Source: Camelus dromedarius
Taxonomy: Eukaryota
Reading direction: 5' to 3'
Assembly: GCF_036321535.1 (NCBI RefSeq)
Contig: NC_087442.1
Span: 11,408,001 to 11,472,000, forward strand
DNA: 64,000 bases
Shown: piece after piece, positions 12,701 to 24,839 of the stretch
How the letters are laid out: every line of letters starts with the position of its first letter
How positions within the stretch are numbered: position 1 is the first letter of the stretch
Notes under the pieces: generated by a model
Seen by the model: only the letters and a program-made list of their open reading frames with translations
Told to the model about the DNA's origin: nothing
The model's database searches: none
Made by a program: the position numbers and the translations under genes

Positions 12701-12822
12701 GATATGGAAAAAGTACAGGATAGTTGAGGCCTTAATTTCTTCCTTCTACATAATTCAGATTCTTGATACTGTCATAAGTTATGGTTCAAAAAAGTAAAGT
12801 TAAAAACATATTATGGGGCTGG

Positions 12823-12961
12823 GGGGAAGGGTACAGCCTAGTGGTAGAGCACATGCTTAGCAAGCCCAAGGTTCTGGGTTCAATCTCCAGCACCTCCACT
12901 CACTCACTCACTCACTCAATCAATCAATACCTAATTACCTCTCCCCTTCAAAAAAAAAAAA
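12823..12961 (+). mobile_element. tRNA-derived SINE, camelid Vic-1-like
   Basis: Head ggggaagggtacagcctagtggtagagc (A box), gggttcaatctcc (B box), (CACT)n/(CAAT)n middle, acctaattacctc.ccc and poly-A tail; same family as copies at 51312, 61270, 63217. Confidence 0.88.
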
Positions 12962-13824
12962 GTATTACTTAAAGTTATAAAATTAATGAGCAGAAGAATG
13001 ACAAGTAAATAAAAATTAACCAAATTTAGGAGAGGGGAATGGATTTGGGGTTAAGTGAGATTCCCCAAACTTTGATGAATGGGATTCAGAAGTTACAGTT
13101 CAAAGTTGATAAACCAAGTGAGAGAGGCAAAATCTTATTATTTAGAGCTGTGAAAGTAACCACCAGAAGAACTAAGACAAACAGTAAAACGTGACTACAT
13201 CTGGACAGTGGGACTACTAATGGGGAGTGGAATGGGAAAATGCTGCTGTTCATTTTCTACCTTTCTGTTCTGTGTAAATCTTTTTTAGTCTGCCTCTAGG
13301 CTGGACCATCACAGATCATACCCCATAAAAGAAAGGAAGGCTACCTACCTACATACACACATACACACACAAATACACACACACACTTAACGCACATAAG
13401 CATGGATCCAGCTGCAGCTCTGAAAATGCAAACTATAAAAGATTTAATTACACAAGATTCAATTCAAGAGCACATATTTGCCTCCAGATTTGTTTTCTTG
13501 GCTAAAACACAAAGTAGCCTCATATCCATCATGAGCTAAATCACATACAGAAAAGGAAGGAAATTCAATCTCAAAAGGTGATGGGGGAAATGCAAGTGTT
13601 TCGTCCCTAAGAAAAGCAAATCATAGAAACTTCATCCAGGCATGATTTTGGATCTTGGCTCCCAGGCATCCTACCAATAACAAACTTAAGATTAGTTGCT
13701 CATTTCACCTATTTAAAAATATTCATAAACTTGAGCATTTCACAGGCTAATCCCAGCATGAAGTCTTAGAAGTATGAATAAGAAGAACTTAAGGTTTACT
13801 GGAAAAAGCACAATACTTGGTGTC

Positions 13825-14035
13825 CAAAAATTCGGGACTGTTTCATCTGCATTGTTTACTAGTTTATAATCTTGAGAAAATCATCACTCCAGCATTTGTT
13901 TTGCCATCTATAAAATGGAGATAGAATTACTAACTTCACAGAGTTGCTATTAAACATCAAATGAGATAATGGACCATATATAAGAATACCTGATAAAATG
14001 TAAAGCCTAATACAAATGTTAGGTTATTAACATCA
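13825..14035 (+). mobile_element. MIR SINE fragment
   Basis: gccatctataaaatggagatag...ttcacagagttgctattaa..atcaaatgagataat. Confidence 0.7.
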
Positions 14036-15550
14036 TTATAACAATTGGTCACAACAGACATCTGTATAAAAATTGACATGGTGCAACAGAAAATTCATTC
14101 TACTGCTAAAAAATGTAACCAAAGAGAAGCATCTGTCTACGTGAAAAGGATGAATATCATCATTTCCAGAAGACAAAGATGGTGCTTGACCTCACACAAC
14201 TCAGTGACATCAGCAGAGCTAGCTCTCCCTTGAACGATGCCTAACATCCACACGTGCCTGGCATGTACCTCAGTTCACAGCTTTGCGTAAGGAAAAGACA
14301 TGTGTTAGGGAGAACATGTTAATGAAAGTAGGTTAGCATGATTAGTAAGAAATGAAAAAACACTTTAAGTATATCAAGTATTGTCCTTTGGATTACAGAC
14401 CCTTTAGAACGGAACCAAAGGAAATGTGTTCAAGCAAGCCTAAAAAGAAGGCAAAGAAAGTATGTAGAAAGAGGGGTGAGATTCAGAGGCAGGAAAGGCA
14501 AAGCCAGCTCTTTAGGAAAGCAGTGTGACTTAAAGGAAACAGCCCTGAACCAGGAGTCGGGAAACTCAGTCCTGGTCTCAGCACTGCCACAGGCTCCCTG
14601 TGAAACCCTGGGAGGGCTTCAATTTCTTTAAAAGATAGCAAAGGAATAATGTGACTGGTTAACACAGCTAATCAATCATTTAGAAAATATTTATTAAGTG
14701 TTTGTTGTGGGCTATGTAAGATTCTAGGCAGCAGGAACCTAGGAAAAAATAAAACCAGACACATTTCCTGCTGCCATGGATCTGACATTCTATGTGATCT
14801 CCCTGCAACTCAAAGACCCAACATGCCCAAACGCTGACTTGAGGCTGTGGAGAGACATGGGATGGCTGAATGACCTAAGAAAACGAGGCTTGGCCTCTTC
14901 AGGGAAAAGTGTTCTTTAGGGTAGCCGAAGCAAGTGCCCCTCACTCCCATCTTGCCCCACCCTAGGTCCTGGGCATTGGAGCTGAATACCCATCACGGCA
15001 GCCAACTAACTTTTATCCTAAAAGGCAAGTCTAGGGCTCAAAGAAACTTCCAGAAATAAAAGGATGTTTTGTTTTGTTTTGTTTTTCAATTAGATAACTA
15101 GACCTACTACAGAAGAAAAGTAAGAAAATTATTTGATACTTTCTGTAAGTTTATCTAAAATGACTAATATTAATGGATAGGTCAAATTTCATAAAAATTA
15201 ATAATCATTATATTAATTGTTCTTAATCTCTGTTTCGTGCAATAGGAAAAACCCAACTTATATATGCAATTTTGAAAGAAATGAATTATTTGCTGTATGT
15301 AAACAGAACATAACACCTCTTTTACCAAACATAAAGCCCCAGCCTGGATTTCTACAATACATTAAAATAATGTACTTTGCATTACCAAGAGAGAAGCAGT
15401 ACTGATCTTTATTCTGTATTTCCTATTGCCCATCTGTTGATTTGGTGTCAAAGAAGGAAAAATTTTAAAGATATACAAGTCAGCTCCCTTATGGAGAGCT
15501 ATCAAAAGAACATCTCAAAAGAGTCTCCTGACCACTCCTTTCTCTCCAGA

Positions 15551-16443
15551 TCACAGGCCCCAGGATCTCCTAGCATACACTGTCTTCCACAGGATTCTCT
15601 GGCAAGTCTGCTTCAACCTGGGATTCCCCATGATCCAGATGACAGAATGGAGAGAAGTGTAGGCAGCCACGAGTGTCTCAGAGATGAACAGAGTGGCGAA
15701 ATTAGCAGGAAAAGACTTGGAGGTGATGGAGAAGGGGATGGCCACAAAGTAAACTATGTAAAGTATGAGGAAACAGCCCAAGGACTTCAGCACAGTGATG
15801 TGAGCCGTGGCCTGAAGATCTCTCCTGCTGGCTGTGTGGACCTTCATCTTCCTGTGGTGTCTACACAAAGAGGCCATTGGCATCCCAGAGGAAATAAGAA
15901 ACATCATGAAAGGCAACACACTTCCTGCACTGAACTGTAATGTATACACATGGTGCCAGTCTGAAAGGGGGAATAAAATGCTGTTTCCTTTGGAAGAATG
16001 GCAGAGATCTAAGCCACCGTGAAATGTAAATAACAAACTGTGCAGTACACCAGAAGGCACCGGCAACTCAGGCAACAGGCCCTCTGCTTCAGCCACAAGT
16101 AGACAGGGTGTTCAAAGGCTGTGATCTTCCTACAGTAGAAGATACTGAGGAAAGTGGCAAACCACAGGCTGGCCTGGCTTATCAGGACCCAGAAGACACT
16201 GAGACAGTGAAGCCAACGGCTGCCCTGCAAAAGCGGAAACAGACTTAAGTCCACCACAATCAAGCACTGCAGGAGAAATCAGCAGACAGCCGGGCCCAGG
16301 ACAATGGGGTTATATGAGGACCCCTCTAGTTTTCTGACCCATTCCCCAAAATGCCAGACCACAAGGACTCCATTTCCAACCAGGCCAGTGAGAGATTCAG
16401 CCACTGCCACCAGCACCAGCAGTCCTAGGACAGCGGGCAGCAT
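15551..16443 (-). pseudogene. TAS2R5: TAS2R5 bitter taste receptor pseudogene (nonsense at codon 55; about 4-nt frameshift near 16040)
   Basis: ATG at 16443: [54 protein letters not shown] (TGA 16281-16279). Continues [48 protein letters not shown], then switches frame to SLLFTF..AHITVLKSLGCFL..AAYTSLHS..KQTCQRILWKTVYARRSWGL* (TGA 15553-15551). Colinear with recalled human TAS2R5. Confidence 0.93.
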
Positions 16444-17273
16444 CCTGGGGGGGGTCTCTCACTGCTTCAGTGCCAGTAAATGGGTATGGTGGCTAAGTTT
16501 CAGATCCCCTGAAGGTGATACCACACTCACTCATGACAAACTTTCACATCACAAAATTTGCCTTTGGTCTTGCCCTTCTGTAACCTGTCCTCAAGCAGAG
16601 ACTGAACGGCTGTGACCAGGAACAGAGAGAAGTTAGAACCCCTCTGTAATTGCATCCACATGCATGGACTCTGAATGAACCCTGATCCTAGACTCAGAGA
16701 TCTGAAACAGTACCACAGGTACAAACTCTCCCTCTCAAGGGTCATGGGCTAACATCTAGATACCAACACATAATATAATAAGATCTCTTCATGAGAAAGA
16801 CCAGATCAAAACATTCTCAGCTTCTATACAGTGCCAGATGTGAGCTCATATGAATAAAAAAGAAACTTTATCTTCATAAAAAAAAAAACTTTGAACATAT
16901 ACACTTGAAAGCTGAATAAATCAGAAATTTAAAATATACTTCATTATTAAAGACAGAAGTGGGGGAAGTTTGGGGAAAGATAACAATCAGGAAACCAAAA
17001 CATATTATATTTAAGTGCCAAATTGTAAAAAATACAAGAGGTCAGATAGAGGAGCTATTACTGTTAATCAGGACTTTTGATGTCATCTGTCCTTCATGAC
17101 CAATTGCCCACATGCTCATGACTTAGCATCTATCTCACATCAAGGTCTTACAGGAAGGAGATGAGCTCAAAGAAGTGAAAAAGACTAGCTCAGTTATGAA
17201 GAAATATAGGGAAAGTGCTTCATTTATTGTCCAGATTCCAGCTTCCTTGGGACCAGCCCAAGGCACATGCATT

Positions 17274-17895
17274 TGTGGGAGGCTGAATTTCTAAGACGGC
17301 CCCCAAGATTCCCACCCCTTGGTGTATACACCCTGAATAATCCTGGAGCAGGGTGGGACTGTGAATAACAGGGGATGTTACTCTTGTGATTAGGTTATGT
17401 TATATGGCAAAGATAAAGCATTTTTGCAGATGTGATTAAGGTCCCAAATCAGTTGAGTCTCAGTTCATCAAATGGGAGATTATCCTCTGTTGGCCTAACT
17501 TAATCAGTTAATGTCTTGGAAGAGGGACTTGGCCCTCCTGCTGGCCTTGAAGAATCCAGCTGCTGTGTTGTGAGTCACGTGGTGAAAAACTGTGGGAGGC
17601 CTCTGAATGCTGAGATTGCCCCTCCAGCTGACAGCCAGCAAGAAAATGGGACCTCGGTCCTACAACTGCAAGGAACTGAATCCTGCCAACAACCAGTGAT
17701 CTTGGAAGAGCACCTTGAGTTCCAGCAGGAACGCAGCCCAGCCAACATCTTAATTGCAACTGGTGAGACCCTGCACAGAGGGCCCACCTAGGCTGTGCCG
17801 GAAGGCTTGACCCACAGAAACTGTGACATAATAGATAAATGTGGTTTTAAGCTGCTAAATTTATCTTGCTACACATAAAATAGAAAACCAGTACA
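17274..17895 (+). mobile_element. MaLR solo LTR (MLT1E/F-like)
   Basis: TG...CA ends; gacagccagcaagaaaatgggacctcggtcctacaactgcaaggaactgaatcctgccaacaacc; tgtggttttaagctgctaaattt. Confidence 0.85.
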
Positions 17896-19052
17896 GTGTT
17901 CAAGCCAGGCTAGAAACAACTATGAGGAAACGAGGAGGAAGAAGAATTGAAATAGAAAAGAAAAAGGCCAGTGAGCTTCTCAGGAAGGCAGCGTGGGTGC
18001 AGTGGAAATAGAGCTGTATCAGAGGTCAGAAGTCCCAGAGTCTGGGCGCGGCGCTGCCTCGGGCCCTCCATGAAGCTACAGGGAGGCCAACATCCCGGGG
18101 CCCCAGTCACCCTACTAATAATGTATGGATTGCAGGACTAGACGTCTACTCATTTAGATACGACTTACAGAGCGCTCATCGTGTGCCAGGCAGCGAGCAC
18201 TGTCCACGTCCTGCTTCCAGGGGCTCACACTGCGCGTCATCCTCACCCAGCTGCGAGACCTGGTGCCTGGGAGCTCTGGCTGCCGCTGTGGAGAGGCAGA
18301 GGGGAAGGCCACAGCTGCCACAGGCCAGAAAGCTTGGACGAGGCATGAACCTCTCTAAGAGCAAGGTTTCCGGTTTCCAGGGTGACTGTCTGGTAGCAGA
18401 CACAACTGCCCTTCTCTCCCACCTTGCAGCACTCAAGGTCCTGGGCAGTGGGACTTCGTGCAAAGAACAGTGGCCAACTGATGTGTGTCCAGGATCCCTA
18501 GTTTAACCTCAAAGGAAAAAAAAACCCACCAGAAAAATAGGATGGTCTCCTGACAGATCACTTTATGAGTGGTGTTAAGAAAGCTAAACCACATAAAGAA
18601 TTGAGATAATTAATTAATTCTAATAAGAAAAATTCCCTAAAAATTACATAGCAATTAATGCATAAATCCACCTTTTTTGTTTAAACACACTTTATTTCAA
18701 AATTATAGTTATTTTCTACTTCATTTTATCAGGGAGACATAGGGTACTGGCAAAGAAAACTGGATTATCTGCAGTCATTTAGAAAAATGTGATACTTTCC
18801 ATGCAAAACATGAAAACTCAGTTTTGAATTCTGGAGTTTATTAAAATAATGCACTTTGCATTGCTTAGAGAGGAACAGCTCAGGTTTCTATTCTGTTTGT
18901 CCTGTTACCGTCTCATTTTATTTCAAAATCAAGGAAGAAATGAGGAGAAGAATTGAGAACAAAAATTTAATTAACTTTACTTAATTTTACAGTAAACTAA
19001 TTTCACTGTTGGCAGTTATCTAGAGTAAGGATGACTAGATCTTTCTCCCATG

Positions 19053-19656
19053 TCACGGCCTCTAGGACCTCCAAGCACAGGCCACCTTCCACAGAATTCT
19101 CCAGCAAGTCTGATTCCTCAGGACCATGATGAGAGAAGAGAGAAGTGTAGGCAGCTGTGAGCGTCTGAGACGAGATCGTGGTGGGCTCAGAAAGGGGAAG
19201 AGTTGGACGTGGTGGCAGACAGACCAGCCAGGGCATAAAAGCCATGTGAACGAGGAAGCAGCAGCTAAGGGACTCTGGTTTCAAAGACTCAGGTCTGACA
19301 TTTTCCCCAAAAAACGCCCTCCCCCTCCAAGTTGCAAGACTAAGTACAGCTCCAACTCCTAGTCTACAGCGGACACATCTCAGGGACGCAAACATTTTGT
19401 TTTCCTGCACACAGCCTTTTTCAGTGCTTCCCAGAACTGTGCCTACATTGCCACTGGAAGGCACTGAGGGAGGAAACTCTTCTGTAGCAGCTGTTAACCT
19501 GAGCAAATTAATTCTTCTCTTAATGCACTGTATGAGTTGAGAAATTCAGAAACTGAGCAAATTAAGCACATTGTTAATAAGCATGTGTAACTGGAACAAA
19601 AATTATCAGTACACATATATTCATCGTCTTCCCAGCTTCTTTTCCCACCACCTCAT
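19053..19656 (-). pseudogene. Highly decayed TAS2R5-like paralog (position matches human TAS2R6P as recalled)
   Basis: Minus frame contains ESLSCCFLVHMAFM and SQTLTAAYTSL, homologous to TAS2R5 TM6/TM7. DNA gctgcctacacttctctc and cagacttgc..gagaat.ctgtggaag is shared with the copy at 15551-15700. Homologous ATG at 19656 (5' flank aligns with 16440-16530) and homologous TGA at 19055-19053; about 290 bp shorter. Confidence 0.8.
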
Positions 19657-20019
19657 GATGGGGTGGAGCTCTTGCTCACTGGGTCAGTACCTTCTCTTGG
19701 GCACCAAAATTCAGGTATCTGGAGGGAGGTGCCAAACTACACCCTCCACGGCCTGCATGCAGCAAGATCACAGTCTCTGAGGAAGAGCGTAAGTACCAGC
19801 AGCACCGCTTGGGTGGGGAAGTGAATGGCAGTGAGGGGACGTAGGGACTGACAGAGCAGGAGCTGTGTTCCGCTGCTTCCATAAGTATGAAAATATGGGA
19901 AGAGAAGTAAGGACAGCAGACAAGATTTGGGAGACCCTCTGGGAAGCAAGGCTTAATTCCCCGTTCCTTGAGAGGGAGCTGGACTTAGAGACTTATTCTA
20001 ACCAAGAATGTCTGGAAAG

Positions 20020-20590
20020 GGAACCGGAGTAACCAGTGAGTGGAGAAACCTGGCAGGTAACCACCTTAACAGAGCAAAACAGGTTAGCATGACCAAAGGC
20101 AGGTCATGATGACATCACGCACCCCGACGTGACGTGGTGTGAGAAAGGTACTTCACATCTCTTGCACTCTTCCCCAAGGGCCCACAACCCCAGCCTGCCT
20201 GTGGGAAAAACAGACAAAGCTAGATTAATGCCTGGACAGTCATCATCCAAGCTGTCAAGGTCATGGAAAACAAAGAGGGATGGAGAAACATCACAAACCA
20301 GAGGAGACGAAAACTACCTGACAACTAAATGCAATGTGATATCCTGGATTCGATCCAGGAATAGAAGAAGAGTATGTGTGGGGAAACTGGTTAAATTTGA
20401 ATACAGTCTGTAGTTTTGTTACTAGTTAATGCATAAATGCTAGTTTCTTAGTTGTAGCAAATATACCAGGTTATGTGAGGCATTAACATCAGGAAAGCTG
20501 AGAGAGGGGATTATGGGAACTCTGTACTCTGTTTGCAACTTTTCTATAAAATAAAATAAGACAAAAAATTAAAACTTTATTTTTGAAAAG
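20020..20590 (+). mobile_element. L1MC4-like 3' end fragment
   Basis: tgacaactaaatgcaatgtgatatcctggatt.gatcc.ggaatagaa...; gggaactctgtactct.tttgcaacttttcta.taaa. Confidence 0.8.
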
Positions 20591-20864
20591 TTATATAAAA
20601 CTCAGTTGAATAAAGCTGTTTGCATGAAAATTACACTTTTAGCAGTTTGAGAATTGTGCTTTTCCAGACGAGACTTAGGAGACTGAGGTTTTCCCCCAAC
20701 ACTGAAAGATCATGCTAGGAAAAGAGCCAAGCAACAGAGTGGGCAGACAGGGCTTTCTGAATATCTGCTCATCCAAAGCAAAGTGCCCGCAGGTTCATGC
20801 TGGTTCCAGCTCTCAATGGGACACAAAGCTCATGACTAGCTCCTTATAAGGGGAATTTAAATAG

Positions 20865-21095
20865 GGGAATTTGTGGCCAGTCATAGAAAGGTAATGCGCT
20901 TCAAAGACAGATTTGGGTTTGCTTCCCAACTCAGCCAGTTAGTAGCTGTGTCCTTAGACAAGTCGATTACCCTCTCAGAGCTCCTGGTTCCTCTTTATAA
21001 AAATTACAGTAATACTGTTTACCTCACTGGGCTACTGTGAGGATAAAAGGGCGTATGAAATTACCTAGCCTGATGCCTAGAAATTAATGTTAGTG
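20865..21095 (+). mobile_element. MIR SINE
   Basis: agacagatttgggttt...ctgtgtccttagacaagtc..tacctctcagagctc...cctcactgggctactgtgaggataaa. Confidence 0.75.
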
Positions 21096-22112
21096 TTCTT
21101 TCCTTCCTTGGGGATTTCTCTCCATAATCACTCCTGTCAATAAAGTAGGGGAGCATGTGAGGTCTGCTGTCATCCGCAGTCTAGAAATACACGAACTGCG
21201 CTGCTGCTTCTAAAGGAAGGTGATCGATCAGCTCTGTAAAATTCCAGAATTTCTAAAGGAAAGCACGAGTAAAGATAGGAGACTGATTACCACAGGCCAT
21301 TAAAAACACAGAGAAGTCAAAGATACAGAGGGACAGGTAGGCGTTAGAGAGATTTTCTGAGTAATATCAATGTATTTAATTATTTCTTCTCTTGAGATAC
21401 CTGAATTCAGATCATTATACAGTCATTCTCCCAACTATGAAAGCAGCAAAATTGAGACAAATAATTTTCCTGTATTTAAAATAGGTAAGAAAAATCATCA
21501 AACAAATCAAGTGTGTACCTGTGTTTAGGCACCTCATTTGCAAGCAAGCTGCACACATATCGAGCCATCACCCAGGGCCTCACGCTCCTTCTACTTACGC
21601 AGAGTTATAGTCATACCTTTTCCCAGACCTATACACTCACCCCACAGCCATAATCTGGGGAACAATCTAGCTGTTCTGACACGAAGTTACCACTGGAGCT
21701 CCCCTAGCAGACTGACCTGACACCCACCTCACCCGCGTGGGGAGGATGGCCTGCAGTCTGTGCCCCTCCTCCCGCTGTTGTCCTTACCCTCCAGCCTCTC
21801 CCTGACATCCTTTAACTCCTATCTCTTACTTGTTGTTAATTTCCATGCCAGGCAAATTCTCATACATTCATTTAGCTCCTTTTCACCTTTTTCTCCCTCA
21901 AGGAATAAAACTGGCCATGGGCCAGTTATCCACGTCCTTAGAGATCTGTCAAACCACCACTCTCCTCTTCTACTCCCACCCCCAGAAAGAACGGGAGGCA
22001 GGGCATACAAAATTTGAAAGAAAGTCCCAACCTCTCCAGCCCTCCCTGAGAAGCAGTGGGCTAGGCTAGAGGGTCCATCCCAGCTTCAACTTATAAAAAA
22101 AGAACATTATCA

Positions 22113-22524
22113 TTCTGAGTGAAGTAAGCCAGAAAGAGAAAGAAAAATACCATATGAAATCGCTCATATGTGGAATCTAAACAAACAAACAAACAAACAA
22201 AGCATAAATACAAACCAGAAATAGACTCATAGACATAGAATACAAACTTGTGGTTGCCAAGGGGGTGGAGGGTGGGAAGGGACAGACGGGATTTCAAAAT
22301 TGTAGAATAGATGAACAAGATTATACTGTAAAGCACAGGGAAATATACACAAGATCTTATGGTAGCTCACAGAGAAAAAAATGTGACAATGAATGTATGT
22401 ATGTTCATGTATAACTGAAAAATTGTGCTCTACGCTGGAATTTGACACAACATTGTAAAATGATTATAAATCAATAAAAAAATTCTCTCAAGAAAATAAA
22501 ATTTAAAAAAAATTAAAAAATAAA
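22113..22524 (+). mobile_element. Young 5'-truncated L1 (3' UTR plus poly-A) flanked by a perfect 20-bp TSD
   Basis: ctgagtgaagtaagccagaaagagaaagaaaaataccatatg...tgacacaacattgtaaaatgattata..tcaataaaaaaa; TSD ataaaaaaagaacattatca at 22093-22112 and 22525-22544. Confidence 0.93.
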
Positions 22525-23049
22525 ATAAAAAAAGAACATTATCAGGAAATTTAAACACCTTCAGTAAGCTTCAATTTTACCAGAAGACCCTGGCATCTGA
22601 GGCTATCTTAAAAGTTACATTCGATACATGCTTTAAAAGACTACTGTCTTCTTCCTCTTAATCCCTTCTTTCTTTTGTCAGCGTTTTTTTTTTTTTTCTT
22701 TTTCTTTTTTAACAGCTGAAACAACTGAAAATGGCTCATCAACAGAAAGCTGGTAACAATGCTCAGGGAAACCCGAAGTCACATTTGTTTAAGTAAAATT
22801 TAGGCGATGTGAAGAAAACCTTCCACCCAAAAATAATTGCCATTTTTAATTTTGTTTGCATATATTTTTTTACAAAAAAATTGCATCATACTGCATACAC
22901 ATGTTTTTATTTTTATTTCACTTAGTAGTATATTATAAGTATATTTTCTCAGGTTATATAAAATGTTCTTTGACTAGACGATGGTAAATAACTACATACT
23001 ACTTCATCATACATATATACAATATTGCACATCTTTATGGTATAGCATA

Positions 23050-23495
23050 AGTTATTTGAGGAAGGCAATAGAAACACAAAACCAGTGTCTGAAAGAATAG
23101 AGATGTTAATTTTTCATGAAGTCCTGGGGTGAAGGTGTAAGCAGTTCAGAGTTGGTGCAGCAGAAACTCAACAGCCAACTCTAGGATGAGTAACTGTCAC
23201 CTCATCTGCATGGTCCAAGATGGTCAATCATTACATTGACATTCCAGCCCACAGGAAGAGGAAAAGGAGAAAGGAATGGAAGGCATATACCTGTTCTATA
23301 CGTGCCACCTAGAAATTATACACATGACTTCTGCTCATACTATATTCGCAGAAATTGATCACTTGGTAACACCTATTTATGAGAAAGCTGTAAAATGTAA
23401 TAAGCTGCCAAAATTCTGGGTGGCTAAAAATTCTATAACTATGTAAGAGAGGGGCAAGGGAACATATATTGGGGACCCATGAGGGTTTCTGCTAT
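23050..23495 (-). mobile_element. Old MaLR LTR (MLT1J/K-like)
   Basis: catggtccaagatgg, cattccagcccacaggaag, acttctgctcatac; same family as 43875-44330. Confidence 0.6.
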
Positions 23496-24839
23496 TCATT
23501 CAGAGTTCTTACGTCACGGTGTACATTTAATCACTCTCCTAATCTTCAGATTCTGACATGAGGAATACCTCCAGGTTTTGTAGCACAAAATATTGGTTTG
23601 GGTAATGTTTACTGAATATTGTAGTCAAGATTCTGACGGCTGAAATGGGGAAAATCAAGTAATTTATAAAATCGGGAGATTTCTCAGGGTTTTTTCTTTT
23701 TTAATAAAGAGAATGTTATTTTAATAAGATTATTTATTTTGATATGTGTAAATATTACATGCCCTATAAGTACCAAAAACTACATAAATTATCATTCCCC
23801 AATTTTCATTTCAGAACATCAATATTCTGCCTTCAGATTTCTGTTCCTTTGTAGCCACAGTCCTGCTGTTCCAATTAAACAAACAAACAAGCCAGCAATC
23901 TCCTGGAGAATGATGCAGTGCTCATAAAATTCAGTGCATAAATTCATGCAGAGATGACATAAATTCACCAAAAGTCAGATGTCCCCACCACCAGTCCAAT
24001 GACTCCTCTTGACTTTCCACTGAATTCCGTATGATATGATAAGGCACACACTTGGGTAAAGTCGCATTCAGATTGTGCTAATTTCACTATTTGGCACTTG
24101 CTTTTGACCTTAGACTAGCTCCCTGGATTTTAAGATCCTTGAAACCATCCTGGACTGGGCTTCTTTAATACTAGTCACTTCCCTCCACCCATCAACTCTG
24201 GCCCTTCCATTCTTTCCAGTACAAATCCCAAAATTCAGCCCTAGAGTTTCCCGGTAGTAATAGGTCAGTTACTGTCACTCAGAAAGCTGAGGACCCTTTT
24301 TCTGTACACCTGCCACAATGTACACCTAGTTCTTTTGATGTTTCTCTTTCCTCTCTTCTCTGACACTTTCCTTTTCTCCTTTGTTCTTTGCACCTCTTGC
24401 TATGCTTTAAGCCAGTGTAGCGGTTCCCAATGACCATTTATCTATTGCTGAGCCCTTTTCCAGGGTTCCTCAGCTAAACCTCAACAATTTAACTAAAGAC
24501 ATGAACCTTAATGCACTGCCTAAACTGGGAGAACTTCTCATTATACTTCAGAAGCCAGTAGAACAACATGGTGATTTCCGTTATCCAGGAATGCAACACC
24601 CATGCAAAATACATGATAAGCAATGACCCTAAACAAGTTCCTCAGAGAAAGTGCCTAATTTAAAAATATTAGCTATATATATATATATGACTACACTGAA
24701 ATACAGGTACTTGAAGGCCTAGGAAATCAGATTAGCAATTACAAAAAATGAATTCCTCAGACCACTGGGAAAGCTGCTAACGAAGAAAATCCTGCTCTGG
24801 ATGAGGTGACTCCAGCCACCATCTATTATTGAAACTCCT

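Noticed and set aside
12823-12895. tRNA-like A and B boxes (also at 51420-51497, 61270-61340, 63217-63290)
   Set aside because: These are SINE heads followed by simple-repeat and poly-A tails with TSDs; no cloverleaf. Not tRNA genes.
15377-15940. 187-aa plus-strand ORF (similarly 25093..25401 and 35211..35534)
   Set aside because: Antisense shadows of TAS2R coding sequence; no independent coding signal.
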